From Chrysomallon squamiferum (taxonomy: Eukaryota; Animalia; Mollusca): a stretch of DNA of 64,000 nt. This document shows positions 1-14,509 of this stretch, one piece after another; the stretch's first letter is position 1, and each line of letters starts with the position of its first letter. Both the position numbers and the translations under genes were made by a program. The notes under the pieces are model-generated. The model saw nothing but the letters and a program-made list of their open reading frames with translations, did no database searches and was not told the origin of the DNA. The stretch is taken from the NCBI GenBank assembly GCA_012295275.1, contig CM022665.1:9982001-10046000 (forward strand). Reading direction: 5' to 3'.

Positions 1-1420
1 CAGTGATAGAAAAATCTGGTTAGTACACCATAGATGTTTTATTAATAGCTCCTGAGATCCAAACGTAAAGGTGACAGATATAATGTTTAGAAAATTAAAA
101 TTCTCAATTTATTTGAATGAAATTAACATGCGTTGTTCTGTGTTCTAAACAGAATACTTGAGAGATTTAAGTGGGTTTAAATATAGATAATTCACTACAT
201 TATTTTTTATTCAGTAAATTAATGTTTTTATTATTATTATTATTTTTTTTTAATATTGATTGATTTATTTATTTTTAAAACTATTGATTACAAAGAGTCA
301 GGAGATGACAACTGAAAAATGAATTCATATTATCTGCTCAAATAACTATCAGTGAAAAGTGTATATTACAATGAAACTAAAAAATTATTTATTAGTATGT
401 GGAAATATTTGTAATTACATAATTTATTTATTTTATTGCAAATGCAACAGTGTCTAAAAAACATTCTTATAAAATTTAATCTGTGCTGTTAATAATGGTT
501 ATAATGAATATGATACAGATCACAAACTAAATAAATAAATAAATTAATTAATGATTATTTTTTTCTATTTTCAAAATTTGCATGTACATTTTCCAATAAA
601 GCATATACATACATTTTCCTATAAAATGTTTAAAATGTTAATTATCTGTCCTTGACTTAAAAGAAAAGTAAACAACAAGATAACTAAAGCTTAGGATATA
701 CAGTAAAATGATTCTGCTATGCTGATACAAACATTACTGACATATATGTTCTTCCTGACTGAAGAGTTAGCACAAGGCATGCAACTCACTTAAGTCCTGT
801 TCAATCAAATGGCTGACCCATTGAACCAAGCTTTCCAAAACAACATCAACCTTGATTTTTTTTTTCCTATCTTTTTGTCATTGTACAGTCAGTCAATAAC
901 AGATATTTGCAGTGTAACCCCATTAAATTTAATGAAGAAATTAATTTTTATTTTTTCATTTTCTGTCCTTGATTTAATTTAACTTTTATTGGCAGATCTT
1001 TAAAAGGCATTTATACTGGAGAATTTGTGTATTTACTCAGGAAACTGTTTTTTTCTCCCATTTAGAAAAAAATAAAAAAAAATAAAATTAACTATTTATT
1101 TAATTTTATAACTAATTTATTTTGTTTGTATTATTAATAATTTATTTAATGATAATTTATTATTATTAATATGGGTCCTTTTTTTATTTTTATTGATTTG
1201 CTACTACTATTATCTTTATTTTATTAGTTAGTATTGATATTGGAATTGTAACATGAAAAATTTATTTTATCAAGGAAAGTGGAAAAGCTGTATCATGATA
1301 GATATAAGATTTAGACAGTGTTCTTTAGATGTGTGAATATGTTGCTGTTTTTTGTGTGGAATTTGTCGGGGGTAAAATTAATATGAAAACAGTAAATTAA
1401 TAACAGTGTTATAAACTTAC

Positions 1421-1498
1421 AGAAATGTGAAACTTTTCCATGCAAGCTTTCAGTACATCTCTTACTGAATCGGTATTGTTCACTTGAACAGTGCATGT
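1421..1498 (-). CDS. ARHGAP20: ARHGAP20-like exon, RA (Ras-association) domain: TCTVQVNNTDSVRDVLKACMEKFHIS
   Basis: 78 nt, phase 0-0, acceptor tatttttcag and donor gtaagt. The peptide fits RA beta2-alpha1 (T+.V...+.+V+...+EKF.I). The supplied ORF 1311..1496 reads a different frame. Confidence 0.9.
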
Positions 1499-2462
1499 CT
1501 GAAAAATAGAAATATTAAACATTACTATTGACATTAATCAACTTATTTATTTATTGATTTTTTATTATTATTATTTTTAATATGTTACAGTAACTATACT
1601 TACTAATTTTTGTGATTGCACACTTCTTTTTATACTTGTGTGTTTATGTATGCATCTCAGATATATGTATGAGTGCATGTATGCAAATAAATGTGTGTTT
1701 ATGCATCTGAATACCAGCTATTAGTTTAAGAATACTATAAAATGATTAGCTATTAACCTTCCAAAGAATTTTATATTTATTTATTAAATTTTCTTAAATA
1801 TAAACATATTTGTAGTCATTGACTGAAAATGTAAATATTTGCTATGCAAATATAATAAAAAATGGTAAATTATTGACGAATACACATTGTGTCCAGCTTG
1901 AGTTAAAAAATGTTCACTAATCATTTGTTTATTTAGTGTAAACAAATAATATTCTCATAGCAGTGAATGTAGTGTAAAGATAGCCTTGTACATTTAGAAC
2001 AAGTTATGCTGATTCTAATATTTATTACTATTATAACTTACATTACATTTGTAATGGTGATGATTATTATCTTTGTTACTATTTATTTATTTATTATTAA
2101 TTTTTTTAATTATTATTGCTAGCAGTGTTTATAGTTTTTGTAATAATCTATTAAAAAAGGTAGACAATGTTTAAATTTAATGTTAATTTGTGTTTTAAAA
2201 CTGCTAAATATGATTTCAGCAATAATCATCATCATCATCATTATTATAATCATCATTTATACTCATATATTATTAGATTAAAAAAATAAAATTATAATTT
2301 ATTATTAATACTGTTGATATTTACATTCTTGTTTTTAATTAATAAAGACACATATGTCCTAATTTTGTTTACTAATTTAAAGTTTTTGAAAACCTTTCTT
2401 TTTATTATTATTATCTTTGTTTAATTATTCATTTTCTTAAATGTACTGAAATATATACTTAC

Positions 2463-2544
2463 ATTAGGTGAATTGCTTGTTCTGTTAATTATTTTCAGCT
2501 GGATTATTTTATCTTTTTCTTTTAATTTTTCTTGTTGTATCTGC
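2463..2544 (-). CDS. ARHGAP20: ARHGAP20-like exon, PH-RA junction: (K)QIQQEKLKEKDKIIQLKIINRTSNSPN
   Basis: 82 nt, phase 2-0, acceptor ttcaacag and donor gtaagt. Phases match both neighbouring exons. Confidence 0.88.
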
Positions 2545-3625
2545 CTGTTGAACAAATCATATAAAACAAAAAAATAAAAAAAAAAAAAAAAAAAAAAAAA
2601 AATTTAAAGGAAATATTCAAACAAGGTTATGATTTTTAAAAACATAATGAACGATTCCCGGTATTTCACCCTGCTCTTTTAAATGCTTGATATTATTTGA
2701 CATCCTGTTATCATTCAAAGATTTTATTGTGTCCTGGTGGTCTAATAGTCTGTTGTAAACTGAGATATGATTTTATTTTATTTTTTATGGGCTGTTTTCC
2801 TGTGTCATATCACACTGTCATAATAAAGTAAATAATTTTACACCTTGAAAAAACTGAAGATCGTAAACAGTATTTTGTACATAAATATTATTCTTTAAAA
2901 ATAAAATTTTAATGTGGAATAAAGAGCCTAAGAATATTTTGTGTACTTCAAAGTGACTGCTTTATTGATTTGTTTTTTTTAATAAAACAGGTTATAAGAA
3001 TCAACCAAGGTTTTACTTGCACTGCAGTGATTTCTGATGATACAATGTTGTTGTTTTTTTGTATTTTAAAAAAATAGTTTTAAAAAACAGATAAATAAAT
3101 AATAAATGAAATAAAACATCTTTGATGCAGACTGTAAACAAAAAATATTATTACTATTATTTATTTATTTATTTATTTATTTGATGTTTACAAATTAGAT
3201 AATTTTTTAATATAATTTTTGAATAAGCAACACTGTTTAAATATGTAAGCATAAGTCCAGTGAATACTCCATGTGAATATTTTTTAAATTAAACAGTTAA
3301 TACTGTTTATGACTTTGTGACACACTAGTAATCTACAGATAATGCTCTGACACATACATATATAATAATAGGGTTTGCAGGATTATCTGTTTTAATGGAA
3401 AACAGCAGTCCAAAGAAGATCACAAACAAAGACAGGTGAGTGTTAGCTGTTGACAGATAAATCCATTAATTTATTTCTTATGAACAAAATTATTTTAAAC
3501 ATATAAATAAAATATCTTTAAACAAACATTTTGAACCATCCTATATTGGAATTTGTATACTGAAAAGACCACATACAAAGATAGATTATAGGAACAAAAA
3601 AAAAAAAAAATAGTTTAAAAAATAT

Positions 3626-3656
<31 letters not shown>

Positions 3657-3845
3657 CTAAATTTAAGACTTATAAATACATATATAACACAATATTTGTA
3701 GATGTAAATACAGAAGATTTAGGCCAAAGAAAAAATGGGCTGCTCCTTTAGAACTGACCAAGTTTCATAATTATACTGTTATGTTGTTTAAAGCTAACAG
3801 CAACAATCAAAAGTTACTAATCAGTAAGTCTGAAGAACTGCTTAC

Positions 3846-4037
3846 TTTGTCAACTTTAACATCCACAGATCTTTGGTTTCAGTCTCTTTGAATATAGCCA
3901 CTATATTTCGTGTGGGCCATCCTATAATAAAAGCTCTGTCTTGTTGTTTTGTGGTTTCCAGTAATTCTTCAATGCATGTATCAATCCATAAACTGGACAC
4001 CAGGACCCTATGCTTAAGTTTAAAGATAGTGTTTGTT
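3846..4037 (-). CDS. ARHGAP20: ARHGAP20-like exon, PH domain: TNTIFKLKHRVLVSSLWIDTCIEELLETTKQQDRAFIIGWPTRNIVAIFKETETKDLWMLKLT(K)
   Basis: 192 nt open frame, phase 2-2, acceptor ctatttcag and donor gtaagc. The F++GWPT.N+VA.F...E.KD.W motif matches the ARHGAP20 PH domain as I recall it. Confidence 0.93.
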
Positions 4038-4437
4038 CTGAAATAGAATTAAAAACCATGATTTCCAAATATTGTAAAAAGAGCTTGTAAGTGGTAAAAC
4101 CTTAAAATAAGATTATCCTGTGCATATCATTTTTTTCCACTGAGTAATCAATCTGAATGTACTCATAGTTTGATCATTTTGTACTTAAAAAGTAAACTAT
4201 AAAAATTCCCTGAGTTACTGGCAGTATACAACATTGGCTGTAGTTTACTGAAAAAAAAATTGTCTATAAACTATTTCCATACATTTTAATGTATATAATA
4301 ATGTTAAAATAACTGAGATCAAGAACTTAGTTTAATTTTGTGGTTTCAAGTGATTCAGTAAACTGTGAATGTATTACTTGAATATAGATAGCTATGTAAC
4401 AAAGTTATTTTTGTCTTACTGACTTGTATCTACTTAC

Positions 4438-4496
4438 TTTTGTTTTGCAATAATAAGCAGGTCATCAAATAGAAATAAATAATGAGTTGTCTGTGG
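4438..4496 (-). CDS. ARHGAP20: ARHGAP20-like exon, PH domain: PQTTHYLFLFDDLLIIAKQ(K)
   Basis: 59 nt, phase 0-2, acceptor ttttattttcag and donor gtaagt. LFLFxDxL++AK is the PH beta2-beta3 signature. Confidence 0.93.
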
Positions 4497-5702
4497 CTGA
4501 AAATAAAAATATTCAGTTTTATATACTTGATAAAAATACAAAATATTCAGAATCATTTAAGTGATGAAAATATAAATACTCAGTGTTATAATATGGTTCA
4601 TGGAAATAAAAAATAATTTAATCTTATGTGTTCAAGAAAAAAAAATATTTGATAATATGGTTCCTAAAGAAAAAAACACCAACATAAGTCATTTTAATAA
4701 ATACAAAATAGAAAGTGTTGTATTTCATGAAAATAAAAATATGAATTCTAATACAATTTATGAAATAAACATTAAACTATAAATATCTCATAAAAATAAA
4801 AAATATTTGTTGTCACATGTTTCCAAAGTATAAGATTTATGTAGACAAATCTGTAATGGGTAAAATCAATAGTTTATTTATGCATGTCTCAAAAATTACC
4901 CAGAGACATACTCACAGGTTATTCTTTAATTATTGCAGGCAGTATGATAATGAAGAGATTATTTAGCTATTATCTTAATGGCTTACTATTAAAGAAAAAC
5001 ATAGGTTCATAATCTTCTTTATTTATTCTCTTATTTCCAATCATTATAAATTCTTCATTTACATTTTATAAAGAAAGTACTTCTGGATACAAAAATAAAT
5101 TTATCCCAACTTTACACTTTTCTGTATGTATCATTCAGTTCACCCAACCTAACAATGTCAAGAGAGAGTAATGTTTAAACAAATTCATCATAACTGTCAG
5201 AATGTAAGAAAATCTATATTTTTTAATTTCCTTTCTATTTTTTTTAAATTTTAATTTCAATTTTTAAAACTTTAAAAGAAAACACAAATTATATTAATAA
5301 ACATAAAAAAGTACAATTTCTTTTACTACCAGTATAAATTATTATGGTTAAATATTAGCAAATCCTATGCAACATGTGATATCAATTTAAGGGAGATAAA
5401 TGCAAAAGATCTTGTGTTGCATGTAACACCAACTATCTAAAGTAAATGAAAATCAGATATTTTATTATTATGGATAATTGAACAACATTTGTTTTCCTTA
5501 GGATGCAAGAAAAGAAAAATGAAATGTTAAAAATTATAGTTCAAGACAAGTATTATGGTTTATTTATATATGTATATGTGATAACTCCCAAGTACATATA
5601 GTATATAATTTGTATATTTGTTAACTGTTCTCATGTATTTTTAGCTCAGTTATGTGACTGTCTGTGCAGAACATACTCATAAGGGATGGACAATAAACTC
5701 AC

Positions 5703-5814
5703 ATCATTAGAAAACTGGACAGGCCCTTCCATGATATACATCCGATTAGTATCAATCTTGCTGGAAAAGGTATTACACATCTCATTATCTTTCTTTCCCA
5801 TTGTATTCAGGTTC
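5703..5814 (-). CDS. ARHGAP20: ARHGAP20-like exon, start of PH domain: (R)NLNTMGKKDNEMCNTFSSKIDTNRMYIMEGPVQFSND
   Basis: 112 nt, phase 2-0, acceptor tattttttag and donor gtgagt. R.+I.EG.V is PH beta1. Confidence 0.9.
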
Positions 5815-6184
5815 CTAAAAAATAAATTTAATTAATTATTACTTTAGTTTTGCACATAATTATACATTTAATATTGCAACAGAAAGAAGAAGAAAACAAA
5901 AACAACCAAAGATGACACTATTCAACAAGTATTTCAGTGACTCAGTCTTTTAGGAATTTTGAAAACAAATTTAATACTCAATCTGTTACAATTTAACACT
6001 TCTGCTTTATGGAACTGAACACACTACTAAAGCTGTTATTACATAATATAAATTATTTATCGACGTTTATTTGAAAGCGATAAAAGTGATATTTATAATT
6101 CATCTATATCTGAGAGAATATATCTGATGTAATGAAGTGTCATTATTATTTATGTCACAAATCACTCTATTTAGTCATTAATCT

Positions 6185-6315
6185 GTTAGTGTTATTAAAT
6201 TAATATAACTTTTATGAAGTTTCATGAACTATCAGTATTATAAAATTAATATAACTTTCATAAAATATCATACTTATTAGTATTATTAAAATAATTTAAC
6301 TTTCATGGAAGTATC
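6185..6315. repeat. Degenerate tandem repeat, about 46-bp unit x3
   Basis: Recurrent tagt(g/a)ttattaaa.taatataacttt(t/c)at unit. Confidence 0.65.
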
Positions 6316-7950
6316 TGTATACTACATAACAGACATGAAATATTAACATAGCAATGAATATAAATAGAAGAAATACTTTATTAAATAAATGGACTTCAAG
6401 AAAATAATTATGTACAAAATTTTGTGTATTTTGTGTATTAAAAATCAGAATATTTCTGGGGGTATTTGTAACTGCATGCATTAATACATATCAGTGAAGC
6501 CCAAGAATCTACTATTTATTTATTTTTTACTTTATGTTTATCTTACAATATAAATAAACTGAGGGCATAAAAGATAAAAGGAAAAACAAAATCTCACTAT
6601 AAAATAAAATAAAAAACTATATCTGACACTTTAGAGCTATAAACTCTCATCATTTTTATAACGCAAAACAAAACAGAAAAATAAAACAACATCTGATACT
6701 GTCCTACATTTATGGATGGGTAATATCTAAAGAATGTACAATCCTTTGTATGGTAACAACTGATATTAGTCACTGTTCCAATCTTTTAAGCAAATAAACC
6801 TTGATGAAAATATCAAGAACTGGAGGTTATAAACTGTGTGTGTTTGAGTTTTTCTCTCTCTGTCTCTCTCTCTCTCTCTGTATGTTTGTCTGTGTGTGTA
6901 TCTGTCTATCTATCTCTCTATCTAAATAAACATAGATTCACAACAACAATAAAAATACTCAACCGTGTAAAGAGATTTTAACAAAAGTAAGAAAGGGTAA
7001 TGAATTGACTGAGGCATATCAAAAATGATGTTGAATGTTGAATTTTGTTTTTTTCCTTAATTTTACAAATACTTTTGTTACGAATACATTTGTAATTTAA
7101 CATAAAATTACCAAATTTAATTTTTAACAAAGGGTATTTAAATTCATATCACTTGATCCATGAGAAAATATATGCAGTATGTATACAAAACTAGTAATTT
7201 GTATCTGTAGTCAGATATAAATATAGCAACAAATGGTTTTCTATCTCATACTATGACTAATTTATGAACCATATTTCCCAAAAAAACAAAAGTTTTTTTA
7301 TTCATTTATCTTTGTCTGTGTTCACAACTGATGTAGATAAAAATATCATAATAAAATGCAAATAATTATTTGTAAGGATAAATAATATATTCTTTATTAC
7401 AAAAAACCCAACAAATACTTTAATTTAATTATAATACTTTAATTTTAAAGGCTATATTTCCAAATGCTAATCAGAATACTGGCTATTTTGAAAGTGAAAG
7501 AATGATTCAGTTATTCAATCCAGATATTAGATAATGCATGGATTTGATTTAAAAACCAGTCGGACAATATATTTACATGCACTTCCACTAACAAGATAAC
7601 TGTTGTTGACATTTTGTTTTGTTTTATTTGGATGATCTCTTTCATGGTATGTAATAGATACACCAACAAATAAGACTTGTGAAAACTAAGTACACTTTGA
7701 GCAGTGTGCATGGAAGAGTGGTTGAGAAACATGTTGATACAATAAGAAAACCAAATGTAAAAGAAATCTACTGCAAACAAGGGCAATAAACTCTGTAGGG
7801 TCAATCAAACACATGGAGGTTTGCTATGAACGTGAAAGACAATTGTCTGTGTTTGGTGGGAACTATTTATACAGTGGTGTGACTGCTTCTTCTGCAGCTG
7901 ATGAATTTAAAATGCCATAAAGACAAAACATATTAAGAAGCATGTCAACC

Positions 7951-7990
<40 letters not shown>

Positions 7991-10124
7991 TTTGTTTTAA
8001 AAATGGTTTATAACACATACTGCATCACAACTGTTTCATCAAAGGCCTTGGTATGCACTTACCTGCATAAGAGAAAGTACACATAATAAATCCATTTCCC
8101 CAAACTGAGAATATTCAAATAATAATTAGGCCCAGTTCTAAAGTAGATTGACCTCTTGTTAATTTTTCATTCATTTACAAGAAGTTACTGCTACCAATCA
8201 TTTTATCAGCAATCCCATATGTTTAATTTTTACTTTTGGAACTGCTTTATGAAAATAATTTTGTCATCATTTATATTTTACTATGATTACAAAAGGTTAC
8301 ATTATAACAAATGTTTTTTTAGTAACATATCATAATGCAATAGTGGTTTTATTGTAAAGAGAAGATACCAAAAAATATCTAGCAAAATACAGATGTCACC
8401 AGTGGGTGAATGTATGTGAGGCTCTACCTCAACTGGTTAGATTAGCCAGATTCATTAGGTATAATTAAGTTATTAATATATTTATACATATGTATGTATC
8501 AGATTCTACCCAACTGAACTAGCATAGCTTCATCTATTAATTAAGATTACTTAGCTTTTTTTCTTTCTTTATGAATTCTATTTTTATTTATTTATTTATT
8601 CTAAATTCATTTTTGCCCCCATTTTTTCCTATTGAACATTTTCTTTTTTCTGTTGTGTAGCTCGTGAAAGTGTCACATAAAATGTTTGGCTTCACTGAAT
8701 TTAATTTTTATCACTGACAAGATATATTTTTTCTCTGTTTTTTTTCTCAAAAATGCTTGTGCACACCAGGCAATAAATAAATCTTGCAATGTGTGCATAG
8801 ATTATCTCCAATGAAGCATTAATGCCACACTGAGCATGTTTGCAAACCATATTTTGTGAAAGAAGACACATAAAAATATGTTGTGTGTCAAAACAATCAC
8901 CATCATGAGGTTAAAAATAAAAGTTTGGGTATATTTACATATGTATGAAAAAAATGCTAATAACAGAGTTCCAGTATTAGTATCAGGCATAAAATTAACA
9001 TATATTTCATTAAAAAAAAAAAAACTAACATGAACAAATTAAGTTGTAAGGCTCTACTAAAATATATTTTTATTTATGGAGGAGTAATAGAATAGTTTTT
9101 ATGTTCAATCTAATCAAAATGATATTAAAATATTTCTATGTGTTGACTATGTAATTATATAATTATTATCCAAGTTTATGTATTTTTATATTCCTACTTT
9201 GTGCATTAGATGAGAAAATAATAAATATATGCACCCATCTACATATAATGTAATGCTATAATGGTAATGGAACCTTGTTAGTTATGTCAAAGCTTTAGGT
9301 TTTGAATAAAATAAAAATAGGTTTAGGTTAGAATGAAGAAAGTGAAAAAGAATCATCATAATAATAATATTCTGATTTATAGTGAAGAAGAATCATTAAC
9401 ATAATTATCATCACAAAATAATATCTTTATTTCATAAGAAAAGAATAGATGAATTTCAAACAGTAAAAAAAACATGTTTATTTGACTCAGTTAATCAACC
9501 TAAAACATTAACTTCAGCCAGACTAGAATGACTATCGCATTTGTACAGCAAAATTAATTCAAGAAAATTATCACAAAGCTCTCAGAAGGTGTGAGAATGG
9601 CAGTATAAATGATCTTATAATGGATTTACAGCACTGTAATAACATTGTGTTATCAATAAAATTTCAGAGCTTACTACAGGCCTTCTCATAAAGCTAGTGA
9701 TAAAAGTGTGATCTGGGACATATAGTAGACCTTGGGTCAGTTAGTAATATATTATAATAACGAGTTTACTCTTCATATACGCTGAATACACACATACAGT
9801 GGAAGTGCATAATACAGTGAGTGTAAAACGTTGTGTGACTTGGTGATAAAATTACAACATGACAATGAAGCATTGCTGTAGAATTAATTAAATGAAAAAA
9901 CAACTTTTATTAAAATAATATGAACATTAATTTGTATATAAATTTTATTATTTTGCTATCTGTATAATCTAAACATGATTATCACTAAGTTTTCTTCAGG
10001 GGAAGGAACAAATTTTAGTGAGACATAAAGTGTAATGTAAACAGTTTAAACTGATTGAACTTATTTGTTCTACAAAACGAGAACACTTTTTTTTTTTTAA
10101 AGAATGGCTATAAGCATTATTTAC

Positions 10125-10198
10125 CTGTTTCCGCCAAGTGTTTTGAACAAGACAGCACTAGGTGCAGACTTCCTTCTGGTCGAAATGCCTCTTTTTTT
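10125..10198 (-). CDS. ARHGAP20: ARHGAP20-like exon: KKRGISTRRKSAPSAVLFKTLGGN(R)
   Basis: 74 nt, phase 0-2, acceptor tctttgcacag and donor gtaaat. RRKSAPS corresponds to the RRRSAPS motif near the vertebrate ARHGAP20 N-terminus (recalled). Confidence 0.9.
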
Positions 10199-10908
10199 CT
10201 GTGCAAAGAAAAACACATTGAATGAAAAGTATGGATAAAAGTCCTTTAAATAAAAGCACCGAGAATAACTGTATTATTAAAGATTTTTTTAAACAAACAT
10301 ATATATTGCAAAAACAACAATAATAAAAAACACACAAAAAAAATCATTTGCATATATGTTGCATAATCCTACATAAAAATACTACTTTATATTTAGCATT
10401 AAACTGTTTGAAAAACATTTGCATATATTTTGTAAATTTTATGTAAAAATACTGATTAAATCGTAAAATGGAAAAAATAAATTTAATTTTTTACCCACTT
10501 AATACATTTTAATTTCATCTAATTCTGGAGAGTGGACAAATGTCTACAACAAAACTTGAAAATCTATGTGCATAGTTTAATGAATGATTCAACTAAGTTT
10601 AAAGTGTAAGAGGAACTTCACCTTTACAAATGTGCATAAAGTGGTTTTATGGTTCACAATGTAAAGAATGATCGTGTTCTTAAATTAAAGTGGCAGATTA
10701 ATTTACTATTACTGTCTGGTTTACTTCAGTGTTAGAGCAAATAATGCACAGATAAAATATCATTATAACACTTTTTTTTTTTTTCACTTTGAACTGATGA
10801 AAAAAGAAAGAATAATTTTTAGATGACATTTAAATATTATTTGTTATTCTTGATATATGTATTTTTACAAATGGATTATGCAAAACCCATAATAATAATA
10901 ATAACACC

Positions 10909-10943
<35 letters not shown>

Positions 10944-12045
10944 TAATTTAAAAAAATAAAAATTAGAAACCTCCCCAAAAACCCATAGCACAAATTATTC
11001 ATTTATTTTCTAAGAAACTTTTTATATGTTTCTTATGTTTCAACAGTACATAATATAAACTTATTTTCAGTTATTAAATTATCAAATTAAAAGTTTATGA
11101 TCTGGTGTAGTTATTATTTTCAATTGACTGCACTATGTATGTGATAACTACAATGAAGTTGGGTGTGAACTCTGAAATAAAACTTTTGAGAGAGGAAAGG
11201 TGAGTATATTGTCTTTGAAGTATATCTTTGTATTAGAAAATTATGGGCTTGTGTTAAAATTTTGTATACTTAAATTTTTTTGGAAAAGTTACAGATTAAG
11301 GAATGCTTCCAATGATTTAGGCCTATATATAAAAAATATATATTTTATTCCACTGACCAAATTTATTTATAGTTTTGTCTTTATGTCATAGCCATTGCTT
11401 ACACTTCAACCATTAAAACATGTTTTCAATTTTGTGTTTAGTATATTTCTTTTAAGTAAAAGATGTTTACTGAAGTAACTATTCTTTTCCTCTTAGCTGA
11501 AATACACTACATATAAAAAGTTACCAACTTTTTAATTTTGAATTTTTTTGCACATGCACAAACTTATGCACACCCCCACACCCACACACCCACACACAAT
11601 GATTACCTTTCTTAAATTTACAATAAAAAGAAATTTAAAAAACGAGGTCTTATAGTCAAATTTTGTATCCATAAATTTTCTAAAATATCAAAATTTAAAA
11701 CACATTTGAAAAATAAAGGTTCTTAAAAATTGTGAGTTGCAAACATTAATATAATTTAAATTTTAAAAATAATTTTTTTAAATGGACTTCTACCAAATAT
11801 ATACAACAGAAACAGTACTAACCTTGTAATGGTGACATGTACTTTAGCATGTGTAATTCCTACAGCCCAGATACATAAGAAAAATTATGAAACTTAACTA
11901 TGCAATATTCTGGCAGTGAGCTAAATCCCTGATAGTAACTCCCACCCATAGATCTAATCAGCTTGTATGTAAAAAGGTCAAGGTAAAATCACTTAAGAGA
12001 ATTAATATATTAAATAAAACTGGTGTTAGACTTCTGGGTCAAAAG

Positions 12046-12235
12046 AACCTCCCCAAGAAAAGGTTACCATGTCATAACAGGATACATTATTAAGATAAAA
12101 ATACTGGATAAACTTGGACAAAATATCCTCAAGGTGGATATATATCATAATGATATATAGATTTTAAATATATTTAGTAAATCTGGTAAAAACCTCTCCA
12201 AGAAAAGGTTACTGTGTTATAACCGGATATAGTTT
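12046..12235. repeat. Diverged tandem dimer, about 145-bp period
   Basis: aacctc(c/t)ccaagaaaaggttac....t.ataac.ggata occurs at about 12046 and 12191. Confidence 0.7.
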
Positions 12236-13631
12236 TAGTGAGTAATAAAATTTAAAACATTAAATATATTTTTGAAACTGCATCATGATTAGGACTTAAA
12301 CTTATAAATTAGGACAGGTTGAGTTAAAATGAATAAATGAAAATATATTCAATATTGCCATCATTATAGTTTAAAAAGTTATCAAATGATATTTAATTTT
12401 GATGTAACTTCCTGCAACTGTAGGATTTTTTTATATGTACTTTCCTGCAGAGAGAAAAAGATATGCTATAGCCTTTGATATTCATAGACAACTTGTTGAA
12501 AAGGGAGCAGCCCAGGATTCTTACTAAGAATTGAACCAGTAACCTACCATGTCTTATGCCCTTGTTTTAATCATCAAGCCACCAATTGCCTATTTTATAT
12601 TCGGTAGACAAGTCAAATACATTATTTTTGGTCAAACACCAATACCCATGACAAGCCAGAACTGCCCATAACTTGACCATCAAAAGAAAGAAGAAGAGAA
12701 AAAACTGTCCATAAATTATGAAAACAGAACTATTGTTCATTTTCATGTGACTGCAGACCCTTAGACTTAGATTTAATGTGTTTTAGAGAGTGGCTGTATG
12801 GGTGTAGCAAGTAAAATAGGGCAACTGTACCTTGTAATAAGAAAATCCACTAAGCATGGCCTGTATTATTGTTATAGCTTGAAAGAAAAACACTAAAAAT
12901 GACTTGTGTGACTGTCCATGTTTTGTAAAGGTACAAGATGGTGTTCAAATAGTGTGAAGTTAAAAAAATAATGAGCATTCATGACTGACACATAAATTTG
13001 ACCATTTTCAAAGATAAAAACTTAATAAATTTTGCATTTATATCCTTTATTACTTTTAATTTATTTCTCTTTCATTTTGCTGCCAACAAGTCATTTGATT
13101 TTTTTCCTTCCAACTGGGATTCAGTTAAAGAACACGAAAGATGTATTAAGTTAGAAAGGCGTTTTATAAATTGACCATTTGAAAACATGAATAAAAATAT
13201 ATTTATACATTTTGATTACTTTTTAATTTATTTCCATCTTACTATACTTCCTACAAATGATAGTTTCTTTTTTCTTTCTTTTTTTTTTTTTTCTTTTCTC
13301 TCTTTTTTTTTGTATACTGCTTTGAAAAAAAGAGAGTTATGTTAGCTTGGAATGCTATCATAAACTTGTATTTGCCAAGATGTATCAAAACATATTTATA
13401 GTGCTTTATTTGTTTTAGTTAGTTTCAATTTCATTTTACTTCCAGTACTAATAATAGCTGAATTTTCTCAGTTGACAGTGTCTTTATATTTGTATCAACA
13501 GAGAACTGTAATCCAAAATGTGAGAAAGAAGATAGAAAACATAAATAAATTATTATTTTAAAATAAAAGAAGCTAAACCAAATTTTTATTAATTTAATTT
13601 ATTTATTTATTTATTTTTTTTATTTTTATTA

Positions 13632-13636
<5 letters not shown>

Positions 13637-13705
<69 letters not shown>
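13637..13705. repeat. (TTA)n microsatellite
   Basis: Direct reading. Confidence 0.95.
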
Positions 13706-13706
<1 letters not shown>

Positions 13707-14509
13707 TATATAATTTTTTTGTTTTTTAAATTACATTTTCTAAAAACATATACAAAAGAAAAAAGAAAGGACAGTTTTGATTCAGTTATTTTTTTTCAGT
13801 TTACTTCCCTAAGTGCAATATATAAATCATAAAATGACAAATGAGTACAGGTGCTATTTTATTCCATGACCTTTAACCTTTTCTTATAAATAATTTGTCA
13901 ACACTGATATTGATTGTTTGAGTAATGATTAGGCTGTCTGCACTTTACACCTGCAAGTATTTAGATATATGTAATTAATGTGCATAACCATTAACATTGT
14001 GACCTTCTGTCTAACAAGTTTTTCTGTCTACTATCACCCCTTTTTTATCTACTATCACCCCTTCAATTTCAATGCTAGTGTTTTAGAAAACGATCCCAAG
14101 AAAAGAAAAGGCATATAAGTTGAATGAATCTAAGATTTGTTAAATGACACTAACATTGTATGTGAAATGAGAAAAAAAAGAACAAAAAGAAAAAGAAGAC
14201 TGATGTTTAATAATAAATCAAAATTATTTCTTTTTTAAAGATTAACATGTTTTTTTTATCAAAACAGGAATAGTTTTCATGCATTTATATAGTTTATTTT
14301 TTTGTTTAAAGGTTTCTAATGTTATCTTCTTTCTATACATCTGTCTTGACTACAAGTTTAAAGCCAGCTAATGTCACAGTATGATCTTATGTCTATACAT
14401 CCATTTGACCAGAAGTTAACTAAATGACATTTAATGTCATCTTGCTTCTGAACAGCTACTTTAACAGTTTTGCAATTTGTAAGTTACTAGGTAATAATTA
14501 CTAATGGTT

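Noticed and set aside
11824-11860. Candidate exon MLKYMSPLQ with gttagt donor
   Set aside because: It ends in phase 1, which is incompatible with the phase-0 acceptor at 10198.
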